Shown: positions 17,208-26,479 of the stretch, piece by piece
How positions within the stretch are numbered: position 1 is the first letter of the stretch
Layout of the letters: each line of letters starts with the position of its first letter
Origin: Nitrosospira multiformis ATCC 25196
Lineage (GTDB): Bacteria > Pseudomonadota > Gammaproteobacteria > Burkholderiales > Nitrosomonadaceae
Reading direction: 5' to 3'
Assembly: GCF_000196355.1 (NCBI RefSeq)
Contig: NC_007614.1
Span: forward strand, 270,001 to 302,000
Length of the DNA stretch: 32,000 bases
Position numbers and translations under genes: made by a program
The notes under the pieces: generated by a model
The model's input: only the letters and a program-made list of their open reading frames with translations
The model's database searches: none
Told to the model about the DNA's origin: nothing

Positions 17208-18109
17208 TGAAAATTCTGCTGTTCGGAAAAGACGGCCAGGTTGGGTGGGAACTGCAGCGCAGCCTTGCCCCCCTGGGGGAGATAGTGGCTCTGGATTTTG
17301 GCAGCCAGGAATACTGCGGTGACTTTACGCGCTGCGATGGAATCGCGGATACCGTTCGGACAGTTGTGCCGGACGTGATCGTGAATGCCGCCGCCTATAC
17401 AGCGGTGGACAAGGCTGAAAGCGAGCCGGAGCGTGTCCGTATCATCAACGCCCTCGCTCCCGCTATACTCGCCCGCGAGGCCGGCAAGCTGGGTGCCTGG
17501 CTGGTACATTATTCCACCGATTATGTATTTGACGGGGGTGGAAGCGCGCCTCGGGTAGAAACCGACCCCCCCGCCCCTTTAAATATGTACGGCATAACCA
17601 AGCTGGAAGGCGAGCAAGCGATTCTGACCGCGGATTGCAATCATCTCATCTTTCGCACGAGTTGGGTTTTTGCAGCGCGTGGCAGTAATTTCGCAAAAAC
17701 CATGCTGCGCCTGGCGCAGCAACGCGATAGTCTCAATGTTATCGATGACCAGGTCGGTGCTCCTACCGGCGCGGAGCTTCTAGCCGACATCACTGCTCAC
17801 GTCATACGGATAAGCAGGCAGCGCCAGAATATCTCGGGGCTTTATCATCTGGCTGCCGCGGGTGAAACATCGTGGTACGGGTATGCGAATTTTGTATTGA
17901 ACTTTGCGCGGCAGAGGGGAGTCAAGCTCACGGCCGCGCCGGAAAATGTTTTCCCGATAGCAAGCAACGAATTTCCATCCGCCGCCCGGCGGCCAAAAAA
18001 CTCGCGCCTCGATACCGCAAAACTGCAAAGCACATTCGATTTAAGCTTGCCGTCATGGGAGACAGGGGTTGCGCGCATGCTCACCGAAATTCTCGAGAAA
18101 CCACTATGA
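17207..18109 (+). CDS. rfbD: dTDP-4-dehydrorhamnose reductase
   Basis: The ATG at 17207 overlaps the rfbB TGA by 1 nt; the ORF-track start at 17117 lies inside rfb[27 protein letters not shown] and STDYVFDG are typical of RmlD. Confidence 0.9.
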   Translation: MKILLFGKDGQVGWELQRSLAPLGEIVALDFGSQEYCGDFTRCDGIADTVRTVVPDVIVNAAAYTAVDKAESEPERVRIINALAPAILAREAGKLGAWLVHYSTDYVFDGGGSAPRVETDPPAPLNMYGITKLEGEQAILTADCNHLIFRTSWVFAARGSNFAKTMLRLAQQRDSLNVIDDQVGAPTGAELLADITAHVIRISRQRQNISGLYHLAAAGETSWYGYANFVLNFARQRGVKLTAAPENVFPIASNEFPSAARRPKNSRLDTAKLQSTFDLSLPSWETGVARMLTEILEKPL

Positions 18110-18993
18110 TTCAGCGTAAAGGCATCATTCTTGCCGGCGGCTCCGGCACACGGCTCTATCCGGTGACAAAAGCAGTCTCCAAACAACTGCTGCCTATTTA
18201 CGACAAGCCCATGATCTACTATCCGCTCAGCACATTGATGCTCGCGGGTATTCGCGACATTCTCATTATTTCCACTCCCCAGGATACCTCGCGTTTCGAG
18301 CAGCTTCTGGGCGATGGGGGCGGTTGGGGCTTGAATCTGCAATATGCGGTGCAAAACAGTCCGGATGGGCTCGCTCATGCTTTTATCATTGGCAGGGATT
18401 TCATTGGAAGGGATTCAAGCGCGCTTGTGTTGGGTGATAACATTTTCTATGGTCACGATCTGCATCTGCAATTACAGCGTGCCATGGAAAGACAGGAAGG
18501 CGCGACGGTCTTTGCCTATCATGTCCAGGATCCGCAGCGCTACGGAGTCGTCGCCTTTGATGCAAATCACCGCGTTTCTTCGCTGGAAGAAAAACCCGCC
18601 CAACCCAAAAGCAACTATGCGGTGACCGGCCTGTATTTCTACGATAATCAGGTAGTGGATATTGCCAGTGACCTCAAGCCTTCCGCACGCGGCGAGCTGG
18701 AAATCACCGATGTCAATCGCACTTATCTCAAACACAATCAACTCAATGTGGAAATCATGGGGCGCGGCTATGCCTGGCTGGATACCGGCACGCACGAAAG
18801 CCTGATAGAAGCGAGCAACTTCATTGAAACCATTGAGCATCGTCAGGGGCTCAAAGTGGCCTGTCCGGAAGAGATCGCCTTTCGCCAGGGTTTCATCAGT
18901 AGTGAGCAACTTGAGAAGCTCGCGCAACCTCTGGCCAAGAATGGTTACGGCCAATACTTGAAACGCTTGCTAGAGGAACAGGTGGTTACATGA
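18106..18993 (+). CDS. rfbA: Glucose-1-phosphate thymidylyltransferase
   Basis: The ATG at 18106 forms an ATGA overlap with the rfbD stop. [24 protein letters not shown] and [12 protein letters not shown] are typical of RmlA. Confidence 0.93.
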   Translation: MIQRKGIILAGGSGTRLYPVTKAVSKQLLPIYDKPMIYYPLSTLMLAGIRDILIISTPQDTSRFEQLLGDGGGWGLNLQYAVQNSPDGLAHAFIIGRDFIGRDSSALVLGDNIFYGHDLHLQLQRAMERQEGATVFAYHVQDPQRYGVVAFDANHRVSSLEEKPAQPKSNYAVTGLYFYDNQVVDIASDLKPSARGELEITDVNRTYLKHNQLNVEIMGRGYAWLDTGTHESLIEASNFIETIEHRQGLKVACPEEIAFRQGFISSEQLEKLAQPLAKNGYGQYLKRLLEEQVVT

Positions 18994-19541
18994 AGGTTAT
19001 CGCCACCTCTATCCCGGAGGTCATGATAATCGAGCCTAAAGTATTCGGAGATAGTCGCGGATTTTTCTTCGAAAGCTTCAATCAGGAAAATTTCCGGCAG
19101 GCGACCGGACTTGACGTGCGGTTTGTACAGGATAATCATAGCCGCTCTGTCAAGGGTGTACTGCGTGGCCTGCACTATCAGGTTCGTCGGCCGCAGGGAA
19201 AGCTGGTACGTGTCGTGCGGGGAGCAGTATTCGACGTAGCAGTGGATATTCGCAGATCATCCCCTACTTTTGGCCATTGGGTCGGGGTCGAATTGACTGA
19301 AGACAATTACCGCCAGTTGTGGTTGCCGCCCGGATTCGCGCATGGATTCTATGTCCTCAGTGACATTGCAGATTTCTTATATAAAACCACCGAGTACTAT
19401 TTTTCTGATTTTGATCGCAGTATTCTGTGGAACGACCCGGGAATTGCCATCGGATGGCCCATCGAGGCAGGTGTAAGCCCTGTCGTTTCCAGCAAAGATG
19501 AAAAGGCGGCGAGACTGGTTCATGCCGAGGTGTTCGAATGA
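18990..19541 (+). CDS. rfbC: dTDP-4-dehydrorhamnose 3,5-epimerase
   Basis: ATGA overlap with rfb[19 protein letters not shown] and [12 protein letters not shown] are typical of RmlC. Confidence 0.93.
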   Translation: MKVIATSIPEVMIIEPKVFGDSRGFFFESFNQENFRQATGLDVRFVQDNHSRSVKGVLRGLHYQVRRPQGKLVRVVRGAVFDVAVDIRRSSPTFGHWVGVELTEDNYRQLWLPPGFAHGFYVLSDIADFLYKTTEYYFSDFDRSILWNDPGIAIGWPIEAGVSPVVSSKDEKAARLVHAEVFE

Positions 19542-19648
19542 AGTCGCGCGGTGTTCCAGGTTCGTGAAATAATGGCCGGATGTGGAAAGGAAGCAGATGG
19601 CGCGTCAGATCGAGTCGATACCAGACAAAGAACAGTGAGTATCCGGAA

Positions 19649-20752
19649 ATGATGCAGATACAGCCAGGACAGGAATTTCCATTGCGGGAGGCGCACAACC
19701 TGGTCCGCGATCTCATGACGCCCAATCCCTGGATCTACTGGTTGGATTTTCTCTTCCATATCTCGCTTGGCTGGACAGCCTTCCTGATCATCCTGTCCAT
19801 GCCGCTCTTTTCATTCTGGCAGTTGTTGGCCATGCTCGTTGCCACGTTTGCCTTTTATCGCGCCGCTATCTTTGTACATGAGCTGGCCCACCTCCGAAAG
19901 GGGACCTTCGGGTTTTTTCGCATTATCTGGAATGTGACGTGTGGGATACCTTTGCTGGTTCCTTCCTTTACCTATGACGGGGTGCACAACGATCACCACA
20001 GGAGGGATGTGTACGGCACTGCCGGAGATGGCGAATATATCCCTTTTGCCACCTTGAAACCGATGGTCATGGTGGGGTATGTACTGCTGTCCTTCATCCT
20101 GCCGCTTTTCTTCATCGTTCGTTTCCTGCTTCTCACACCGTTGTCGTATTTCATTCCGCCGCTGCGCCGGATTCTATGGGAGCGCGCCTCCTCGCTCACC
20201 ATAGACATGAACTATAAGCGCGCACCGAATGCGATCCGCAACGACAGGCATTGGAGAATCCAGGAGTTTGGCGCTTTTTTATTCATCACCGCGGTGGTTA
20301 CCTGTATTGCACTGGGTATTCTGACCCCTTGGTTCCTGGTCTTCTGGTACGTCATCGCGATGTTCATCTTTTTTATAAACTCCTTGCGTACATTGAGCGC
20401 ACACGCGTACCGGAATCCCGGAGACGGTCCGATGGGATTTGCCGAACAATATCTCGATTCCATCAATGTGCCAGGGAACTTCCTCACTGGCCTGTGGGCC
20501 CCGGTGGGTTTGCGCTATCACGCAACACACCATCTCTTCATGAGCATGCCCTATCATAATCTGGCTGAAGCTCAGCGGCGTCTCGTAAACGGGTTGAGCG
20601 ATAATACTCTTTATCTGACCACCGTTCGGGCAGGCATGTGGGATGCATTACGGCGGATATGGGAGGAAGCCGTCGCGAATACGCGGCGGAACGCGGCGTC
20701 GGCAACCGTGGTTGAGCTGGACGATAGTGTAGGACGGCATAGAAACGCTTAA
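19649..20752 (+). CDS. Membrane fatty-acid desaturase / hydroxylase-superfamily protein (di-iron, three His boxes)
   Basis: His boxes HELAH, HNDHHR and HATHH, with several hydrophobic helices between them. The start is uncertain: ATG 19649/19652 is preferred, and the ORF track offers 19580. Confidence 0.75.
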   Translation: MMQIQPGQEFPLREAHNLVRDLMTPNPWIYWLDFLFHISLGWTAFLIILSMPLFSFWQLLAMLVATFAFYRAAIFVHELAHLRKGTFGFFRIIWNVTCGIPLLVPSFTYDGVHNDHHRRDVYGTAGDGEYIPFATLKPMVMVGYVLLSFILPLFFIVRFLLLTPLSYFIPPLRRILWERASSLTIDMNYKRAPNAIRNDRHWRIQEFGAFLFITAVVTCIALGILTPWFLVFWYVIAMFIFFINSLRTLSAHAYRNPGDGPMGFAEQYLDSINVPGNFLTGLWAPVGLRYHATHHLFMSMPYHNLAEAQRRLVNGLSDNTLYLTTVRAGMWDALRRIWEEAVANTRRNAASATVVELDDSVGRHRNA

Positions 20753-20757
20753 AAACA

Positions 20758-21105
20758 TCATTTGTTGCAAGCGCCGCTTATCCGGTTCATCAAGCACTCT
20801 TTTTGGTTGCGAATCTCCACGGCCTCCAGGTTGGGTGCGGAAACGTGTTCCAAAGCAGTCCGGTGCAGTGAACTTTGCTCCTGATTGAGCCGAGGCAGGT
20901 CGGGCTGAGGGCATCCGCCTCGCCCGGCTTCCATATATGTGAGCAAGGGTGTGATCGTTTCTTTGGCTTGCGTGATTCTGTAAGCATCAAGAGGTTCAAG
21001 AGGTTTCGCGCTGTAAGCCGGGTAGAGGGGCAGGGCAGGTTGAAAGCGTGTTGGGGCAAGCACAAATCCTGTTTGCAGCCAGCCTTTTCCTTTTTCCTTT
21101 GTCAT
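20758..21105 (-). CDS. Hypothetical protein (115 aa), unrecognised; may not be a real gene
   Basis: Only an open frame with plausible composition. Weak Shine-Dalgarno. Converges on the desaturase stop with a 5-nt gap. An alternative 91-codon frame overlaps it on the same strand. Confidence 0.3.
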   Translation of the reverse strand: MTKEKGKGWLQTGFVLAPTRFQPALPLYPAYSAKPLEPLDAYRITQAKETITPLLTYMEAGRGGCPQPDLPRLNQEQSSLHRTALEHVSAPNLEAVEIRNQKECLMNRISGACNK

Positions 21106-21253
21106 TTCTCGCTATGATATGCTGCCGTGAACAGTCCGGGAACTGACCTTCAGTACAATGGTATTCGAGGTGGTATGGCTGGATGATATTGGATGGAAAC
21201 GATCTGGTTTTGTGCCGTTATAACGTCTATAAGTATAAAGCGGGAGGTGACTG

Positions 21254-22534
21254 ATGAGTGTGGTGGCAGTGGTTGGGCTAGGCTATGTGGGATTACCTTT
21301 GGCGGTGGAGTTCGGAAAAAAAAGGAAAACCATCGGCTACGATCTTTCGAGCAGCAAGATAGCAAGTTACAAGCAATTTATCGATCCGACCGGCGAGGTT
21401 TCCTCCGATGACCTGAAAGCCGCGAAGCAGCTTCATGTCACTACTGACCCGGCTGAGTTGTCACAGGCGGATTATATTGTCGTGGCCGTTCCAACACCCG
21501 TGGACGCAGCCCATCAGCCCGATTTTCGTCCTCTCATAGGTGCGAGCGAAACCGTGGGAAAACATATGAAGCGGGGAGCAATCGTTATTTACGAATCCAC
21601 CGTTTACCCGGGAGCAACCGAGGAAGTCTGTATTCCTGTCCTTGAGAAACATTCCGGCATGAAATGGAAAGACGATTTTCATGTCGGCTTCTCGCCCGAA
21701 CGGATTAACCCCGGCGACAAGCAGCATACGCTCACAAAGATTCTGAAGGTTGTCTCTGGAGACGATGAGGATACGCTGGAAAAAATTGCAGCACTTTATG
21801 AGAGCATAATTACCGCCGGCGTGCACCGTGCGTCCAGCATCAAGGTAGCGGAAGCAGCCAAAGTAATCGAAAATACTCAGCGAGACCTGAATATCGCGTT
21901 GATGAATGAACTGGCGATTATTTTCGACAAACTGGACATTGACACGCTGGAAGTGCTGCAGGCGGCTGGCACCAAATGGAATTTTTTACCCTTTCGCCCG
22001 GGCCTGGTCGGAGGCCATTGTATCGGCGTCGATCCCTACTATCTTACTCACAAGGCGGAAATGGTCGGTTATATTCCCCAGGTTATCCTCGCGGGACGCC
22101 GTATCAATGACAGTATGGCCAAATTCGTGGCGGAACAAACGATCAAACATATCATCAAGGCCGATATCAACGTTCGGAGTGCGCGTGTAAATGTTCTCGG
22201 CCTGGCCTTCAAGGAAAACTGTCCTGATCTCAGGAATTCCAAGGTTGCCGATCTGATCAGTGAACTTAAAAGCTATGGGATAGAGATTCACGTCCACGAT
22301 CCTGTAGCCAGTATTGAAGAAGCCCGCCACGAATACGGTGTGGAACTTGAATCATGGGAGGACCTTCCACGCGCGGATGCAATGATTGTTGCCGTTGCCC
22401 ACCGCCAGTTCACTGAAATGCCCTTGACCCAGTTTCAGACCAAAATCACGGACAAAGGGTGTTTCATCGATGTGAAATCCCAGTTCGATCCTGCCGCGCT
22501 GCGAGAGGCTGGCTTAAACGTGTGGAGACTGTGA
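21254..22534 (+). CDS. tviB: UDP-N-acetylhexosamine 6-dehydrogenase, TviB/WbpO family
   Basis: Long colinear matches to S. Typhi TviB as recalled: [67 protein letters not shown] and [35 protein letters not shown] Shine-Dalgarno upstream. Confidence 0.9.
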   Translation: MSVVAVVGLGYVGLPLAVEFGKKRKTIGYDLSSSKIASYKQFIDPTGEVSSDDLKAAKQLHVTTDPAELSQADYIVVAVPTPVDAAHQPDFRPLIGASETVGKHMKRGAIVIYESTVYPGATEEVCIPVLEKHSGMKWKDDFHVGFSPERINPGDKQHTLTKILKVVSGDDEDTLEKIAALYESIITAGVHRASSIKVAEAAKVIENTQRDLNIALMNELAIIFDKLDIDTLEVLQAAGTKWNFLPFRPGLVGGHCIGVDPYYLTHKAEMVGYIPQVILAGRRINDSMAKFVAEQTIKHIIKADINVRSARVNVLGLAFKENCPDLRNSKVADLISELKSYGIEIHVHDPVASIEEARHEYGVELESWEDLPRADAMIVAVAHRQFTEMPLTQFQTKITDKGCFIDVKSQFDPAALREAGLNVWRL

Positions 22535-22551
22535 AGGATAGTACGCCTGGT

Positions 22552-23604
22552 ATGGCTGCTTACCCAAAATGGCTGCGGCATTTGCAGGACCATTCCTACT
22601 GCTGGCTGGTCACGGGGGTTGCGGGCTTCATCGGATCCAATCTGCTGGAGGCCTTGCTCAAGCATAATCAGAAAGTAGTCGGATTGGATAATTTTTCCAC
22701 CGGCTATTTGCGAAACCTCGAGCAGATACGGGACTTGGTCGGGGAGAAGGCTTGGGGTAATTTCAGCTTTATAGAGGGTGATATCTGTCAACTGGAAACT
22801 TGCACGAACGCATGCCAAGGTGTGGATTTCGTTTTGCACCAGGCCGCGCTGGGTTCCGTGCCGCGTTCCATTCAAGATCCCATCCGAACCAACGAAGCCA
22901 ATATTTCCGGATTTCTCAACATGCTGGTGGCGTCAAGGGATGCGCAAGTGAGGCGCTTCATCTACGCTGCCTCCAGTTCCACCTACGGCGACCACCCGGA
23001 TTTGCCAAAAGTGGAAGCGGTAATTGGACGTCCTCTTTCGCCCTATGCTGTCACCAAATATGTGAACGAACTCTACGCCGAAGTGTTCGCGCGTTGCTAT
23101 GGACTGGACTCCATTGGGCTGCGCTATTTCAACGTATTCGGTCCAAGGCAGGATCCCAATGGTGCTTATGCCGCAGTTATTCCCCAATGGGTTTCGGCAC
23201 TGATCAGAAACCAGACGCTGTATATCAATGGGGATGGGGAAACCAGCCGGGATTTCTGTTATATCGACAACGTAGTGCAAGCCAATCTTCTCGCGGCTCT
23301 CAGTGATAACACCGGAGCAGTGAACCAGATTTACAATGTGGCAGTAAATGAACGCACCAGTCTGAATCAACTGTATGGCATGATGCGCGAGCTGTTACTG
23401 GAGAAGTTTCCGGAGCTGGAGAATCATCGGCCCACGTACGTCGATTTTCGCAAGGGCGATGTGCGGCATTCACAGGCGGATATTACGAAAGCCACCCAAT
23501 TACTTGGTTTTGAACCCTCCCACCGCATCGGGGAAGGACTGAGGCAGGCAATGGGCTGGTACATCGCGCATTTGGGGGCTATGCAGGAGGCGGCTGGCGT
23601 CTAA
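22552..23604 (+). CDS. tviC: NAD-dependent UDP-N-acetylhexosamine(uronate) 4-epimerase, TviC/WbpP family
   Basis: ATG 22552 is preferred because the N-terminus [33 protein letters not shown] parallels the WbpP/TviC N-termini. Also [24 protein letters not shown] and [13 protein letters not shown]. The ORF-track start at 22459 lies inside the upstream gene. Confidence 0.85.
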   Translation: MAAYPKWLRHLQDHSYCWLVTGVAGFIGSNLLEALLKHNQKVVGLDNFSTGYLRNLEQIRDLVGEKAWGNFSFIEGDICQLETCTNACQGVDFVLHQAALGSVPRSIQDPIRTNEANISGFLNMLVASRDAQVRRFIYAASSSTYGDHPDLPKVEAVIGRPLSPYAVTKYVNELYAEVFARCYGLDSIGLRYFNVFGPRQDPNGAYAAVIPQWVSALIRNQTLYINGDGETSRDFCYIDNVVQANLLAALSDNTGAVNQIYNVAVNERTSLNQLYGMMRELLLEKFPELENHRPTYVDFRKGDVRHSQADITKATQLLGFEPSHRIGEGLRQAMGWYIAHLGAMQEAAGV

Positions 23605-23648
23605 ACGTTCGTCGGAACTTCGATTCGCGCTAATCCCCGCTTTCCGCG

Positions 23649-24263
23649 CTATTCATCCCATTTTCCCGCTTGTTTCAATTGATTCTTCAAGCCCGGTAAC
23701 GGAAATCCGAGTTCATACGCTTTCTTCGCATATGTTTTCGCCTGCTCGTAATTTTTCTGTTTCAAGTAGAGCAGGCCAAGATTGTAATTGATAGTAGGAT
23801 TTTCCGGTTCAAGGTCAATGGCTATTCCCAGTTCCTCAGTCGCCTTGTCAGTTTGTCCAGCTTTCAGCAGATAATCGCCGTATACCATTCTTACTACCGC
23901 ATCGTTTGGTTTGAATCGAATGGCGCGATCAAAAAAACATCCAACGGAATATTTTGCGCCAGCTGGTTTTAGAGTCTTGTCTCTCAATGAGAGCTTACTG
24001 AATGCGGCGAGAGCGCGATGATGGTTGGGGAACAACATAAGGGTATAACTTAAGTCCCCTCCGAGAGTTCCGGTATTTCCATGGCGCAAGCTTTCTATGT
24101 TTGAAGTAAAGTGATGTTGCTCAACAGTTCCCAAGAGTTGCTTATCCCCGCCTATATAGTCATGGACATTTATCAATTCTCCACAATAGGCAGAAGAGGT
24201 TGCATGAAGATCTGGCGCGATCAATGAAATAACCAATATCGCAATTCCGGGTATGACTTTCAT
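23649..24263 (-). CDS. Exported small TPR-repeat protein
   Basis: AAGGA Shine-Dalgarno before the second ATG (24263). Signal peptide MKVIPGIAILVISLIAPDLHA. C-terminal TPR-like repeats (YGDYLLKAGQTDKATEELGIAIDLEPENPTINYNLGLLYLKQKNYEQAKTYAKKAYELG). Confidence 0.7.
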   Translation of the reverse strand: MKVIPGIAILVISLIAPDLHATSSAYCGELINVHDYIGGDKQLLGTVEQHHFTSNIESLRHGNTGTLGGDLSYTLMLFPNHHRALAAFSKLSLRDKTLKPAGAKYSVGCFFDRAIRFKPNDAVVRMVYGDYLLKAGQTDKATEELGIAIDLEPENPTINYNLGLLYLKQKNYEQAKTYAKKAYELGFPLPGLKNQLKQAGKWDE

Positions 24264-24504
24264 TAGCGTTCCTTGCAATCAAGCTTACCTTGCTCTGTCG
24301 ACTCTCTACCTCTGTCCAGCCTGTCTTGAGGGAAGGGAGATTCCCTTAATCCCCGGTTCGATTCGAACTTGAGGCCTCTTAAAACGATTTTAAATATTCT
24401 CGAGATAGAAGGAAGTGGTTGTCAAGTTCAACCAAGACACGAGGATTTTTTGAAAGTGGTTTTCTCCGAAATCGGTTGGCCGAAATGCCAATTCAAAGCG
24501 GTTT

Positions 24505-25383
24505 TTACCAGGAGTAAAGCCATTCTTTTGTCCAGCGCGCGATCTGATCGCGCCACTCCCGCCGGGAAAAGGTATGGTTGGCTTCTGGCAGGCTGAAGCG
24601 CGAAAAGTGTGGAGAAGCCAGCAGTTTTTTCCATTTTTGTGAACCTTTGACCAGCTCGGAAAACTCCTGAGCAGTCAGGTCATTGCCGCAGAGTATCAGG
24701 AGCACTCTTCCCTGGAAACGCTCAAGCCCTTGAAACATCCGTTCCGGCAAGGGAGCCGCTTCGCAACCGCTTTTGCAGTTATTCTTTGCAGCGGGAGGTG
24801 CAATTTCCCCTCTTTCGGCTACGACTGTACCAATAGTGCCGAAAAGTGATCTTGCAGACGCGGCATAGTTGAAATTTCCGCTCCATATTTTGCCCCAGAG
24901 TTCACGATCAAAAATGCGCGAAATGTAATAGTGCTTCAAATACGCTCTGGCAGAGCCTTCCTCCGTTCTTACCCATGGATTCAGCAGGACCAGTCCGGTC
25001 ACGCGCGGGTCCTGATAAGCATAAAACAATGCAGCCGATGCTGCATCGCATAGTCCCAGAATAACCAGTTCGTTCAGGGAAGGGATTTCTGCGAAGAGAC
25101 GATCTATTCCAGAGCGGACATCATCTTTCACGTTTTCAAAAGTCCTCGCGTCTCCCTCACTATCACCCATGCCGCGGAAATCAAAACGGAAGACCGGTAT
25201 GCCATTCGCCGCCAAGTGGCGGGCAAGGAGGGTAAACTGGCGATGGCTTCCTGCGCGATATTGAGGTCCTCCAACGAGAATAAGAATACCCCTTGAAGCA
25301 GCCTGTTCAGGCAAGGTTAAAATACCGTAAAGGCAATCGCTCCCACAGCAAAAAACGATGGGACGCTCCTCATAATTCATCAT
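24505..25383 (-). CDS. Alpha/beta hydrolase, exosortase A system-associated 'hydrolase 1' family
   Basis: The start MMNYEERPIVF at 25383 forms an ATGA overlap with the upstream stop; the ORF-track start at 25509 lies inside the upstream gene. Alpha/beta-fold landmarks: ILILVGGPQYRAGSHR, FRFDFRGMGDSEG, the elbow VILGLCDAASAAL, then LCGNDLT and EANHTF. The family call is from my memory of TIGR03100. Confidence 0.8.
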   Translation of the reverse strand: MMNYEERPIVFCCGSDCLYGILTLPEQAASRGILILVGGPQYRAGSHRQFTLLARHLAANGIPVFRFDFRGMGDSEGDARTFENVKDDVRSGIDRLFAEIPSLNELVILGLCDAASAALFYAYQDPRVTGLVLLNPWVRTEEGSARAYLKHYYISRIFDRELWGKIWSGNFNYAASARSLFGTIGTVVAERGEIAPPAAKNNCKSGCEAAPLPERMFQGLERFQGRVLLILCGNDLTAQEFSELVKGSQKWKKLLASPHFSRFSLPEANHTFSRREWRDQIARWTKEWLYSW

Positions 25384-26231
25384 GCGGCCAGTGCAAAAAC
25401 GCTCGTCGTTGCCGATATCAGTTCGGCACATTCCGAGATTTCCTGGGTCGCCCAGAACGGCTGGCACGGTATGAGATGGACGTGGAGGTCGACACCCTTC
25501 TGCTTCCACTTCTCGGTTATCTTTGCCCCGGCAGAAGTCATGGAACGCCCCGGCTCAGGGATGATCTCGAACCAGTGGACGGCGCTTTTTCCAACGGCCA
25601 ATTCAGCCGCCTTCAAGCCATCGATTGCATTTGCGAGTCCGGGTGCAAGCTCGTATCCCGCTATTTCCAGTGTTTCACCCTCTTCCATTTGCTTGCGCAA
25701 CATAGCCGTTCCTGTCGATTTTTCCTCGGAGACGGTGGAGAATAGTTCACCTGCCATTCGCAATCGCAAGAACTGACTCAGGAAGGTTTCTCCGCTGATA
25801 ACGGGTTGCCATAAAATGATGCGGTCAACGGCATTTGCTGCATCTTGTGCGAAGTCCAGGGCCAGCAGCGCGCCCAGGCGTAATCCCCACAAACTTACCG
25901 GAACGGCAAGGCGGCTCTCAAGCCAGAGTCGGGCGCGGGCCAGATCCTGCTTCCAGATGTCCCACCGGGCATCGCGAAACTCGCCACTGCTATCGCCACA
26001 CCCAAAAAGATCCATTTGCAGCACTCCCCATCCAATCGCGGCGAAAGCTCTTGCCTGGACCGCGGCCATCCGCCGCGCTTTGTTCATTTCGTCGCCGAAG
26101 GGGTGTACATACAGAATGGTCCCCTGGCATTTCCTGCCTGGATGCGGCTGATGAAAAAGGCAGAAACGCTGTCCCAACTCGGTTTGCAAAAAGAAAGGCT
26201 CTGCATGAATCGAGCCGGGATCCATTTTCAT
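25380..26231 (-). CDS. Alpha/beta hydrolase-fold protein, exosortase A system-associated 'hydrolase 2' family
   Basis: ILYVHPFGDEMN, LQMDLFGCGDSSG and the elbow VSLWGLRLGALLAL. Sits between the ACP gene and hydrolase 1 and is coupled to both by ATGA overlaps. The family call is from my memory of TIGR03101. Confidence 0.75.
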   Translation of the reverse strand: MKMDPGSIHAEPFFLQTELGQRFCLFHQPHPGRKCQGTILYVHPFGDEMNKARRMAAVQARAFAAIGWGVLQMDLFGCGDSSGEFRDARWDIWKQDLARARLWLESRLAVPVSLWGLRLGALLALDFAQDAANAVDRIILWQPVISGETFLSQFLRLRMAGELFSTVSEEKSTGTAMLRKQMEEGETLEIAGYELAPGLANAIDGLKAAELAVGKSAVHWFEIIPEPGRSMTSAGAKITEKWKQKGVDLHVHLIPCQPFWATQEISECAELISATTSVFALAA

Positions 26232-26479
26232 TCCGCCAGCTTCTGCTCGACGAATTGGGTCAGGCTGCCGACAGTTTCGAAAGTTTTTGCACTGATCTCA
26301 TCATCGTCAACCGTGATGTCGAAGTGGTCCTCGAGAGCGGTGATTACATTGACGACAGCCATTGAATCCAGTTCGGGAATGGCCCCAAGCAAGGGGGAAT
26401 CCGCATTGAGCGAATTTCTTCTTTCCCCGAGGCTCAATACGTCAGATAGGATGTTTCTCACTTCTTCAATATGCTGCAT
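26228..26479 (-). CDS. Acyl carrier protein (phosphopantetheine-binding)
   Basis: 83 aa and acidic. The phosphopantetheine attachment motif PELDSMAVVNVITALE sits at the expected helix-2 position. GCGGAG Shine-Dalgarno upstream. ATGA overlap with hydrolase 2. Confidence 0.85.
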   Translation of the reverse strand: MQHIEEVRNILSDVLSLGERRNSLNADSPLLGAIPELDSMAVVNVITALEDHFDITVDDDEISAKTFETVGSLTQFVEQKLAE

